This document shows, piece after piece, positions 47,619 through 56,374 of a stretch of 64,000 nt of DNA (position 1 is its first letter; the number at the start of each line of letters is the position of its first letter). The notes beneath the pieces are model-generated. The model worked only from the letters and a program-made list of their open reading frames with translations, searched no databases and was not told the DNA's origin. This DNA comes from Treponema sp. (lineage in GTDB: Bacteria > Spirochaetota > Spirochaetia > Treponematales > Treponemataceae): positions 28,529 to 92,528 of the forward strand of contig JAKSTQ010000006.1 in the NCBI GenBank assembly GCA_024402475.1, in the 5' to 3' direction. Both the position numbers and the translations under genes were made by a program.

Positions 47619-48248
47619 ATTAATCCCCCTGTTATGAGCACAAAGATCTTTTACAAAGTCCTGCTTGTCCTTATTGGAAGCGTACAAGAAGAATTTACCC
47701 CACATCTGAGTTTTCGTCAATTTGGAAACATCGTCCGGAAGCTGTTTTATCTTTGGTAATTCAATGAATATGACATTCAAAAGATTTTCAATCTGACGGT
47801 TATCCGCATTTTTCATGTTGTACCAGTTGATACAGTTTTCTTCTTCCGCATCAAAAATGAAATTAAGAACTGAAATCTGGAAAACCTGAGGAATGTCCTG
47901 CCAGCTTTTACCTTTTGGTGTGTAATGATTCAGCAAGTGAGCTACGTGATACTCAGCACGTTTGCCGTAACAGGTATTTTCATTGCGTCCCTGCATTTCG
48001 ATATTAACCGCTTTACCATCAATCTTACAGTTGATATCAAATTCAGATTGTTTGTCATCCAGAGCTTCGCCAGAAAGCTCATTTGGTTGAAGGACTACAT
48101 CAGTAACCTGTTTTTCCAGAATGTCGGAAAGAAAACAGGTTAAAGCGCCGCGAGATTCATCAGAATCGTTTGTAAAAATAATTTTGAAGGTTGGATCTGC
48201 ACAAGGATTTAAAAGTGCATCACGAGATGGTCTATAAGATAATGCCAT
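47307..48248 (-). CDS. Rpn-family PD-(D/E)xK nuclease ('putative transposase'), full-length form
   Basis: DPTFKIIF, SEFDINC, NIEMQ, ISVLNF, FIELPK, C-terminal Gxxx repeats and ARKM..TG.S.EE. Start at ATG 48248 after AGGAG. Confidence 0.9.
   Translation of the reverse strand: MALSYRPSRDALLNPCADPTFKIIFTNDSDESRGALTCFLSDILEKQVTDVVLQPNELSGEALDDKQSEFDINCKIDGKAVNIEMQGRNENTCYGKRAEYHVAHLLNHYTPKGKSWQDIPQVFQISVLNFIFDAEEENCINWYNMKNADNRQIENLLNVIFIELPKIKQLPDDVSKLTKTQMWGKFFLYASNKDKQDFVKDLCAHNRGINMAVTVLEHVSQDEMNWYHESRYWMHVSDMKTAEQHAIETGMAKGMAEGLEKGMEKGLQQGMQQGLQQGAKQKNLENARKMMECNIDFETIFKVTGVSKEELVN
47406..47501 (-). repeat. 8 x 12-nt degenerate coding tandem repeat
   Basis: Encodes GMAK GMAE GLEK GMEK GLQQ GMQQ GLQQ GAKQ. 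Confidence 0.9.
47692..47720 (-). promoter_or_regulatory. Intragenic sigma70 promoter within rpn
   Basis: TTGACG-N17-TAAATT, about 74 nt upstream of the internal ATG. Confidence 0.65.
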
Positions 48249-48319
48249 ACACGTCTCCTGAAATTGGAATAAAGACACGACTGTGCCTTAGTCCTTCAGT
48301 CCCAACTCTGAAGACGTGT
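48249..48319 (-). promoter_or_regulatory. Structured 5' leader sequestering the rpn RBS
   Basis: ACACGTCTTC pairs with GGAGACGTGT, which ends at -1 of the ATG; pairing extends via GAGTTGGGA/TTCCAATTTC. Confidence 0.65.
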
Positions 48320-48532
48320 GGTAAAACTCGTATAGCCGGTAAAAGAATCATTAAGATTCAATTAATAAATAATCACAATATTGGGAAGCCAAATAGAACC
48401 AACTATAACCCTTTACAGGTAGAAGATAATGAAGATGAAATAAAAAATCAAGTTCATAAAATCATAATGAAGTTGAAGGATAAAGTGCATTTCTGAAAAT
48501 CGCAATTTTTAGAGGCTGTCGTAAAGTTATTT

Positions 48533-48793
48533 TCACTTCAACTTAATTTCACGGATTACATTTTCGTCAATATAATAAAGTGAATTGTCGGTTAAAACTG
48601 CTTTATAAAATCTATCGTTCTTCCATAGAAGATGACCAAAGTATGAATTCAAAGTTCCTAAGGCAATAAAATCTGAAGTTTCATTTACAAACCCCTGCAG
48701 CCAGAAATGATCTCTTTTACCAAACTTATGAACTGTGCCATTTATACAAAGATTGTGAAGATTGTGCTCTATCTTTTTTAGAAGTAGCAGCAA
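48533..48793 (-). pseudogene. Probable gene fragment (86 aa)
   Basis: Protein-like frame with only a TTG start, no SD, and an in-frame stop just upstream. Confidence 0.35.
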
Positions 48794-48858
48794 AAGTTTT
48801 GATAAGCTTTACGAATATGTTATAATATGAAAAAGATTTTTTTTAGCAGGAACTTCCT

Positions 48859-49320
48859 ATGGACGAAAAATATACAAAACATGAGGCGCTGGCACGACAG
48901 AATTTTCTTGACGGTTATAACTGTGCACAGGCCATTATGAAAGCCTTTGCAGATGTAACAGGTCTAGATCCGGATTTCGCAGTAAAAATGGCTTCTCCTT
49001 TTGGCGGAGGAATGGGACGCATGCGTGAAGTCTGCGGTGCTGTCTCCGGAATATTTATGGTACTTGGAATTCTTGAAGGTTATTCAACTCCAGATGATAA
49101 TGCCAAAAAAGAACTTTATTCAAAGGTGCAGATGCTTGCACAGAAATACAGGGAAGAAAACGGTTCCATCATTTGCCGTGAACTGCTTGGTTTAAAAACA
49201 AAAGGGCCGGAAGATCCGACCCCTTCTAAACGAACCGATGAATATTATAAATCCCGACCTTGCGAAGCAAAAATCGGGAATGCAGCAAGACTCCTTGACG
49301 AATATCTTGGAATCAATTAG
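48859..49320 (+). CDS. C-GCAxxG-C-C family putative redox protein
   Basis: YNCAQ, FGGG, VCGAVSG, ICREL, terminal Cys. Confidence 0.9.
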   Translation: MDEKYTKHEALARQNFLDGYNCAQAIMKAFADVTGLDPDFAVKMASPFGGGMGRMREVCGAVSGIFMVLGILEGYSTPDDNAKKELYSKVQMLAQKYREENGSIICRELLGLKTKGPEDPTPSKRTDEYYKSRPCEAKIGNAARLLDEYLGIN

Positions 49321-50237
49321 TGAGCATTACGGGTTGGTTCAACTTCGTCATGCTGTTTCTGCAGATAAGCCATGATTGCATCAACAACTTTCTGTTTTGG
49401 ATCAGGATCATCAGCAGGAATTTTTGCAAGTTCTTCATCACGGAATTTTTTACATTCAATTACAGGGCTTGCAGTAAGTACAACTTCGTCTTTTGTAACA
49501 AGGTCACGAAGCATATTGTTTGTGTCTTCCGGATTGATGCGCAGACAGTTACCGTTGTTTGATACAAGAATCATTACATCAAAAAGGCGCAGGTAGCTGT
49601 CAATTTCGCGAAGTCCACGTTTTGTTTCTTCAACACCTGGGCGGTAACGGGTACCAGCAGGGAATACGAGAATTACCTGACCGCGTTTTTTACATGCATC
49701 CATTGCACGCATTGCAGCAAAGTTAATTTTTTTAGATTTAGCTTCTTCAGCAGCCTTTTCTTCTTCTGTCATAGAAGATTCTTCTACATTGTTGAGACTG
49801 CGGCTTGGATAGATTACAACGCGTGTGAAAGCTTCTGTCCAGGCGCGAACGAGAGGGTGAGCTTCGTTGAGTTTCATTCCGGCAATGGCAACGATTTTGT
49901 CAGAGAAATCCTTTGCCCAGTCGCTGCCTTCGTTTGCGAGCATGTAGATGATTTCAGGAAGGTCAAGGTTTGTGTAATGTTCCATAAGAATGAGACCGCG
50001 TTTTCCTGACTGAACTGCATCGTAAAAAGCCTTGAAGTTTTCGATGTTTCCAAGGTGAGAAGAAGGAAGCATGCTGTCCTGAAGAACAGTGTTCATGTAT
50101 TCGCGGGTTTTGAGGTTTGCTTCCTGATAAACGTTTGTTTCATCAATTACAGCTGGAGCTGTTGAATTCTGTAAAAGACCTGCAAAAAGTGGTTTATATA
50201 AAACTCCTAATTCATTTGAACTGACATTTTCTGCCAT
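49317..50237 (-). CDS. Glycerol-3-phosphate acyltransferase (soluble plastid/Chlamydia-like)
   Basis: HYTNLD (HxxxxD), IAG, FPAGTR. Start at ATG 50237 after AGGAG. Confidence 0.8.
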   Translation of the reverse strand: MAENVSSNELGVLYKPLFAGLLQNSTAPAVIDETNVYQEANLKTREYMNTVLQDSMLPSSHLGNIENFKAFYDAVQSGKRGLILMEHYTNLDLPEIIYMLANEGSDWAKDFSDKIVAIAGMKLNEAHPLVRAWTEAFTRVVIYPSRSLNNVEESSMTEEEKAAEEAKSKKINFAAMRAMDACKKRGQVILVFPAGTRYRPGVEETKRGLREIDSYLRLFDVMILVSNNGNCLRINPEDTNNMLRDLVTKDEVVLTASPVIECKKFRDEELAKIPADDPDPKQKVVDAIMAYLQKQHDEVEPTRNAH

Positions 50238-50395
50238 AATTGAACTCCTGTGAAATAATAATATCAAGTGTTAGTATAAGTTATTCAATTATATTTGTAA
50301 TTATTGTGTTTAGCAACTATTCTATATTAAAGTATGGTCAAAAAATCAGCAGTGTAGTAAAATATTATGGTAAAAAAGAAAAAAAGAGGTATAAA

Positions 50396-50923
50396 ATGAA
50401 AAAACTTTTTACAGTAATTGCAGTTGCTTTAATGGCTTGTGGAGCATGGGCACAGAATTTTAAGACAGTAGAAAAATTACAGGATATTTACGGCGACTGG
50501 AATACAGTAATTGATATGCCTTCAGAAGTTGTTAGTCAGATTGCCAGCAGTACTGAATTTCAGGGGCATTCAGTTGGTCTTAAAATTGACCTTTCGATGT
50601 CATATTCTGCAGCTTTGGATGACGAAGATTTAACAGTAGTTGAAATGGTTTTAAAAATGACACTGACTCTGGAAAAGAAGGACGGTATTGATGAGGGAAT
50701 TATTTCAAGTCTTAAAGATACTGAAGCTGCAGGAGTTGAATCATTTGAACTGAGCAAAGATCATACAAAACTTGTTGTAGTTTCAAAACCACAGAGACAG
50801 ATTCAGAAAGTAGGAAATGAATCACCGAGTAGTGCTCCAATGCTGATTTCTGAAGACGGAACTGTACTTCGCGTTGATTTGACAGAGCAGGGAATGGGTC
50901 TTGTTGAATTCAAGAAAAAATAA
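50396..50923 (+). CDS. Hypothetical exported protein
   Basis: Start MKKLFTVIAVALMACGAWA after GAGG; beta-rich. Confidence 0.75.
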   Translation: MKKLFTVIAVALMACGAWAQNFKTVEKLQDIYGDWNTVIDMPSEVVSQIASSTEFQGHSVGLKIDLSMSYSAALDDEDLTVVEMVLKMTLTLEKKDGIDEGIISSLKDTEAAGVESFELSKDHTKLVVVSKPQRQIQKVGNESPSSAPMLISEDGTVLRVDLTEQGMGLVEFKKK

Positions 50924-50942
50924 ATAGATTAATAGTAGATAA

Positions 50943-51455
50943 ATGATAACATACATCGCAAAATTGTTAAAAGCGCTCAATGAGAACGCTAAACCCGGAG
51001 AGATCGCGCATGCATGTTGCCTTGGAGTAATCCTTGGTTTGATGCCTAAAGATAATGCACTGTGGTATCTCATTTTTATCCTTTTTTTGTTCGTGAGAAT
51101 AAATAAAGGAGCATACGGCTTGATGACACTTCTGGTGTCACTTTTTGCATGGGAATTTGATGCAACTTTTGATACACTCGGCTATGCAATTTTGACATGG
51201 GGGCCTTTGAAAAATACCTTCGCAGTTTTACTCGATATTCCTTTTGTAGGTTTTACTAAGTTTAATAATACAATTGTCACAGGTTCCCTGGCTGTAGGCC
51301 TTATGGCTTATATCCCGGTTTATGTAATTATAAGAGTTTTGGTTGCTTTGTGGCGAAAACATATTACTCCAGTACTTGGAGAAACAGCTCTCGCAAAAGC
51401 ATTGAATAGAATTTCTCTTGTTCAGAAAATCTATGAACTTAAGGATAACTTCTAA
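50943..51455 (+). CDS. TIGR03546/DUF2062-like membrane protein
   Basis: LN.N..P.EIA, G...GL.P, D.LG..IL, FNNTIV.GS. Confidence 0.8.
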   Translation: MITYIAKLLKALNENAKPGEIAHACCLGVILGLMPKDNALWYLIFILFLFVRINKGAYGLMTLLVSLFAWEFDATFDTLGYAILTWGPLKNTFAVLLDIPFVGFTKFNNTIVTGSLAVGLMAYIPVYVIIRVLVALWRKHITPVLGETALAKALNRISLVQKIYELKDNF

Positions 51456-53896
51456 TGAAAAAGAATGATAAATCAATTGATAAGAATCATCTTGTTTCAG
51501 AAGAAGAACTGAATAAGATGAATGATGTTCCTGCTGTTGTGGAAGCTGACACAGAACATCTTGTTGATATGAGCGAAGAAGAAATTGAAGAAGCTCAGTT
51601 ACAGGAATCAAAAAATAAAAAAGGCAGAAAAAAGAAACAGAAAAAACCGCCAAAGCCGGTATCTGCTAAAAAACTTCCACCTCTGTTAAAAAAAGCATAT
51701 ACAGAAAAAGGACTTTCGCGTCTTTTGAAAAAAGTATATGTTCCAAAGCAGAGGGAATTCCTTGAAGGATTTTTTGAAGAAAATAAAAATCCTAAAAAAC
51801 CCGGAACATATATAATTGATTCGCAGCGGATGCTTGAAAGAGTTGAGTATGATAAACTTTCACGCATTGCCAAAGAAATCAAAAAACAGAAATTTGGAAT
51901 TAAGTTTGCTCCGTTAATCGCAGTAGTTGCAACAATTACAATTGTAGTTTTAACGGTAATGACATTCAAAAATATAATTGTCAAAAGAGCGATTGTATCC
52001 GGAATGCAGTCTGTGTTTGGTGCAAAGACAGATATAAAATGGGTTAATGTAGAAATTCTTGGAGCATCAATTCGTGTTGAAGGTTTGCAGCAGGCAGATA
52101 AAAAAGAGCCGATGAAAAACCTTTTTGAAATCCAGACTACAATTATTGACTTTAATCTGACAGAAGCATTGCGCGGAAAAGTTGATATTCAGAATATAGC
52201 AGTTGATGGAATCAGGGTCGGCACACCGCGAAAAACTTCCGGGGCATTGCCGCAAAAACCTGGCGCTGTAGATGAAGAAGAAATTTCTTTTACAGAACAG
52301 CTTAAGGCTCGAGGTGAAATTGCGCTGAATGCTTCTAAGAAAGAACTGGATAATCTTTTTAATCAGTATAATCCTCAGACATTGATGGCAGATTTTCAGT
52401 CAAAACTTAAATCACCTGCAGTTGCCAAAGATGTTCAGGCAACAACAATGGATCTTATTAACCGCTGGAAAGATACACCGGCTCAGATGGAAAAACAGAT
52501 AACCGGTTTTATGTCAAGCGTTCAGGATGTAGTAATAACAGACTGGAGTCAGGTTAAGGATCCTGCAAAGATTAAGGAAGCAGTTGAAAAAATTACAGCG
52601 GCAATTAATTCGTCAAAAGAGCTTAGAGCAACTATCGAAAAAACTGTTAACGATGTAAAAGTTGACGGCAAGAAAGTTGTTGATCTTTCTAATCAGGTGG
52701 CTGCAGCAGTAAAAGCAGACAGTGATCTTGTGAATAAAGAAGTTAACAAAATAAAATCATTCACAGTAAAAGATGGTTTTGATATTCTTTCAGGTCCGAT
52801 TGAAAACGTAATCTGTGCAACATTAGGGAAATATTATACTTACATTAAAATGGGAATCGGTTATGCAAATAAGGCAAAAGCTTTGAGTGCAGCAATTCCG
52901 AAAAAAGAAAAGAAATCAGTTGAACCGAAATTTAAAGTTCATAAAAGAGCAGCAGGCCGAAACGTTTATTATCGTGCAGACCGCGTTCCGAAATTTTTAA
53001 TAGAACGAATTTCAACATCGGGAGATAATTTTTCTGCACTTGCGACAGATATTTCAAGCGATATGGATGTTCGTGGAGCACCTGCAAAGGCTGATGCAAA
53101 ATTTTCAATTAATAATCAGAATCATAAAGCAGGTCTCATGGTTGATACCCGAAAAGTTACAAATAATGCTTTGATTACTGCAAACTATTCAGGCGATAAC
53201 TATCCGATAAAGATTGATATTCCTCAGTTTGGAATACAATCACCGGCAACAATTGCAGGAACAGGAACAGCAAACGCAGACGGAAGTTTTGCACTTGATG
53301 TAATGCTGAATCTTGATGATCTGAAATTTGAAACAGTTCCATTTGAACCAGCATTTGGATATGACCTTTATAAGCGTGCACTTGGACATCTTCATCAGAC
53401 AAAAGTCGGCGCAAAAATCGGATGGACAAGCGATCATAAACTTTTACTCAAGCTTGATACAGATATCAACATTCAGCTTGCAAAAGCATTGAAGCTGCTT
53501 GTAAATGAAGAACTTGAAATCCTTAAAAAGCAGGCAATTGCAAAAGTAAATGAACTTTTAAAAGATGTAACAAAGGATGCAAATTTTAATATTTCTGAAT
53601 TTATTAATATCGAAAATGGAATTAATGCACAGAGTATTAATTATGCAAATATCAATAAACTTCTTGAATCAAAGAAAAAGGAACTGGAAGCACAGCTGAA
53701 AGCACAGGCAGGAGCTGCAATGTCAGAAGCAATGAAGAATTCTGGAATGCAGCTGCCAAATATTCCGGCACCAGTGCAGCCGGGAAATTCGACAGCAGGT
53801 CAGTCAGAATCAGGTACAGCTTCTGGACAGACTCAGACTCAGAAAAATCCCTCAGATTTATTGAAAAAACTTATCCCTATGGGAACAAAACAATAA
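51455..53896 (+). CDS. TIGR03545-like protein (TM, AsmA-like N-region, helical insert, beta-rich C-domain)
   Basis: FGAK.DI..V, LQ.AD...PM.NLFE, T.R.TSGAL; coupled to the upstream gene via TAATG. Confidence 0.75.
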   Translation: MKKNDKSIDKNHLVSEEELNKMNDVPAVVEADTEHLVDMSEEEIEEAQLQESKNKKGRKKKQKKPPKPVSAKKLPPLLKKAYTEKGLSRLLKKVYVPKQREFLEGFFEENKNPKKPGTYIIDSQRMLERVEYDKLSRIAKEIKKQKFGIKFAPLIAVVATITIVVLTVMTFKNIIVKRAIVSGMQSVFGAKTDIKWVNVEILGASIRVEGLQQADKKEPMKNLFEIQTTIIDFNLTEALRGKVDIQNIAVDGIRVGTPRKTSGALPQKPGAVDEEEISFTEQLKARGEIALNASKKELDNLFNQYNPQTLMADFQSKLKSPAVAKDVQATTMDLINRWKDTPAQMEKQITGFMSSVQDVVITDWSQVKDPAKIKEAVEKITAAINSSKELRATIEKTVNDVKVDGKKVVDLSNQVAAAVKADSDLVNKEVNKIKSFTVKDGFDILSGPIENVICATLGKYYTYIKMGIGYANKAKALSAAIPKKEKKSVEPKFKVHKRAAGRNVYYRADRVPKFLIERISTSGDNFSALATDISSDMDVRGAPAKADAKFSINNQNHKAGLMVDTRKVTNNALITANYSGDNYPIKIDIPQFGIQSPATIAGTGTANADGSFALDVMLNLDDLKFETVPFEPAFGYDLYKRALGHLHQTKVGAKIGWTSDHKLLLKLDTDINIQLAKALKLLVNEELEILKKQAIAKVNELLKDVTKDANFNISEFINIENGINAQSINYANINKLLESKKKELEAQLKAQAGAAMSEAMKNSGMQLPNIPAPVQPGNSTAGQSESGTASGQTQTQKNPSDLLKKLIPMGTKQ

Positions 53897-53911
53897 AAAA
53901 GGAATAAAAAG

Positions 53912-54766
53912 ATGAATGTTTTACAGTCAGTATTATTAGGAGCGCTTCAGGGAGTTGCAGAATTTCTGCCGATTTCTTCAAGCGGACATCTTGCAATTGC
54001 ACAGAAACTTTTTGGGCTTGAAGAAGTACCATTGCTGTTTGATGTAATTCTGCATCTTGCAACTTTACTTGCAGTTGTTATTTTCTTTAGAAAAAGAATC
54101 GGACAGCTTTTTGGAGTTCTGTTCAGATGGATCGGCCGTAAGCCAGAAAAAGCAGAACTTGCAGCAGATGCAATGGGAATCTGTTCAAGTGATAAAGCAG
54201 GTCGTAAGACAATTATTGCAGTAATCATTTCTACAATTATTACAGGTGTTCTTGGAGTTGTATCTTCAAAATTGATTCCAGAACTTCCAGTACTTTTTGT
54301 GTTTATCGGATTTATCGTAACATCAGCACTGCTTATTGTAAGCGCAGTTCTTGCTAAAAAGAAAAGTGCAGATGACAGCCAGAATAGATGCGAAGGAGTA
54401 ACAGTTCTTCAGTCAGTAGTAATTGGAATTTTCCAGGGAGTCGGAACTTTACCTGGAATAAGCCGTTCAGGTTCTACAATTGCAGGAGGTTTATTCAGCG
54501 GGCTTAACCGTGAAGCATGCGGAGAATATTCGTTTATCGTTTCAATTCCTGCAATTCTTGGAGCATTCCTTCTTGAACTTAAGGACCTTGATCAGATGGC
54601 AGGCGTTGTTGGAATTCTTCCTTTGATTGCAGGATTTGTTACAGCTTTTGTAACAGGTTATGCCGCTCTTGCAATTTTGATGAAGATTATTAAGAAGGGC
54701 CGCCTTGAATGGTTTGCAGCTTACCTTATCCCGGTTGCAATCCTTGGAATTATTTTTCTTGCCTAA
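53912..54766 (+). CDS. uppP: Undecaprenyl-diphosphate phosphatase (BacA)
   Basis: QGVAEFLPISSSGHL, PGISRSGSTI. Confidence 0.95.
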   Translation: MNVLQSVLLGALQGVAEFLPISSSGHLAIAQKLFGLEEVPLLFDVILHLATLLAVVIFFRKRIGQLFGVLFRWIGRKPEKAELAADAMGICSSDKAGRKTIIAVIISTIITGVLGVVSSKLIPELPVLFVFIGFIVTSALLIVSAVLAKKKSADDSQNRCEGVTVLQSVVIGIFQGVGTLPGISRSGSTIAGGLFSGLNREACGEYSFIVSIPAILGAFLLELKDLDQMAGVVGILPLIAGFVTAFVTGYAALAILMKIIKKGRLEWFAAYLIPVAILGIIFLA

Positions 54767-54769
54767 AAT

Positions 54770-56374
54770 ATGAAACCAGTACTGCAAGGCGTTAAAGACC
54801 TTGAAGCTCGCGTTGCCGCACACCTGTGTGCGGCCCGCGCAAGTACACGGCAGGCAGACGCAGGTCTGCCTGCCGTGTCAGCCGAAAGTCTAATGATTGA
54901 ACACGCCGCTCTTGCCTTAAAAAAAGAAATCTTTAAATACATAAAATCTCATGATGTGGACCCGGCTGATTGCGCGGTTGCCGTTGCCTGCGGCAGCGGC
55001 AACAACGCGAGCGACGGGTTAACACTTGCCCGGATGTTATTTAAAGACGTTAAGGTCGTTGTGTTACAGGTCAGCCAGCCAAAATCCCAGTACGCAGTGC
55101 AGGCATTTAAGGTCGTGGAAGAACTTTCAAAACTCGAGCAGATTCAGGACAAAGAACTTATTCTGAAAAATACCTGTGGTATGTCTGCTTCTGAAATTCA
55201 ATCATTTATAAAAACCAGTTGCGGTAAAAATCCTGTAATTGTTGACTGCATTTACGGTACCGGTTTTCACGGAAAGATGAGTGATGAAATTTCGGAAGTT
55301 ATTCAGGCTTTGAATAATGTTAAAGGTTTTAAACTTGCCTGTGATATTCCTTCTGGGCTTGATAAAAACGGCCAGAGCCTTTATGGTCTTTTACCTCAGG
55401 AATATAGAAAGAATGTTTTTATTGCTGACAGAACTTTGACAATGTTTGCATTAAAGCAGGCTTTGTTTACAGATTCTGCAAAAGACGCTGCTGGAAAAAT
55501 CAAGGTTGCAAAACTTTGTATTGGTAAAAATCTTTTATCCCAGTATGTTGATTCATTCAATAAAGAAAATCCTGTTTATCTTTGCAGTAAAAAAGATGTC
55601 AAACTTCCTCTAAGAAAATTCAATAATGTTCATAAAGGAACTTTCGGTCATACCTGCGTAATTCTTGGTGAAAAACCTGGTGCTGCTTTGATTGCAAGTC
55701 AGGCTGCCTTTAAGTCAGGAAGCGGTCTTGTAAGTTTACTGCCTTTAAATCCTTCATCTGAATTTTCTCTTCCGCAGGAAATCATGAAAGCGCAGAACAT
55801 TCCTGCAAACTGTACTGCCATCAGTATCGGAAGCGGTCTGGGCCGTGAATGTGATGTCAGTTCCATTTTTGATTATATTCTTGAAAATCAAAAGCCTTGT
55901 GTTCTTGATGCAGATATTTTTTACAATTCCGGTTTTGTTCCTTTTTTAGAAAAAGCCGCTGAAAAAAATATTCCTCTTGTTTTAACTCCTCATCCAAAAG
56001 AACTTGCAGGGCTTTGCACTCTTTTCGGTCTTAGTGAAGATCAGAAAGAAATTTCTGCTTGTGATGCGGCCCTTAACAGAATGGATATTGGCCGTAAGTT
56101 CACTCAGAAATTTCCGAATGCTGTTCTTGTTATGAAAGGTGCAAATACTTTTATTGCTTTTCAGGGTGAAATTTATATCGTCACTAAAGGCGCGCCTAGT
56201 CTTGCTAAAGGTGGTTCTGGTGATGTGCTTGCTGGTGTTATTGCAGGTCTTATGGCTCAAAAATACTGTGCAAAGGATGCTGCCATTACTGGTGTTTTAA
56301 TGCATGCAATGGCAGGTAGAAAAGCAAAGGATTCTTATTCCCTTACTCCTTACGAAGTGATTAAGAATTTGTAG
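54770..56374 (+). CDS. nnr: Bifunctional NAD(P)HX epimerase/dehydratase
   Basis: GSGNNASDG, DCIYGTG, DIPSG; HKGTFG, GSGLG, DAD, TPHPKE, GGSGDVLAG. Confidence 0.92.
   Translation: MKPVLQGVKDLEARVAAHLCAARASTRQADAGLPAVSAESLMIEHAALALKKEIFKYIKSHDVDPADCAVAVACGSGNNASDGLTLARMLFKDVKVVVLQVSQPKSQYAVQAFKVVEELSKLEQIQDKELILKNTCGMSASEIQSFIKTSCGKNPVIVDCIYGTGFHGKMSDEISEVIQALNNVKGFKLACDIPSGLDKNGQSLYGLLPQEYRKNVFIADRTLTMFALKQALFTDSAKDAAGKIKVAKLCIGKNLLSQYVDSFNKENPVYLCSKKDVKLPLRKFNNVHKGTFGHTCVILGEKPGAALIASQAAFKSGSGLVSLLPLNPSSEFSLPQEIMKAQNIPANCTAISIGSGLGRECDVSSIFDYILENQKPCVLDADIFYNSGFVPFLEKAAEKNIPLVLTPHPKELAGLCTLFGLSEDQKEISACDAALNRMDIGRKFTQKFPNAVLVMKGANTFIAFQGEIYIVTKGAPSLAKGGSGDVLAGVIAGLMAQKYCAKDAAITGVLMHAMAGRKAKDSYSLTPYEVIKNL
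54809..54878. repeat. Tandem GC-rich palindromes inside the nnr coding sequence
   Basis: GCCGCACA-cctg-TGTGCGGC and ACACGGCAGGCAGAC-gcag-GTCTGCCTGCCGTGT (15 bp perfect). Confidence 0.9.

Noticed and set aside
47307-48248. rpn as a true transposon
   Set aside because: No terminal inverted repeats or target duplication flank it; the 'transposase' label of this family is not supported by the sequence here.
48191-48496. 101-aa plus-strand ORF as a real gene
   Set aside because: Its first half is antisense to the rpn start and leader, with a TTG start and no SD; at most the 3' part is a gene remnant.
54157-54190. Imperfect hairpin in a variable loop of uppP as a second intragenic palindromic element
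   Set aside because: Bulged, about 12 bp and with no sequence similarity to the nnr palindromes; compatible with chance.
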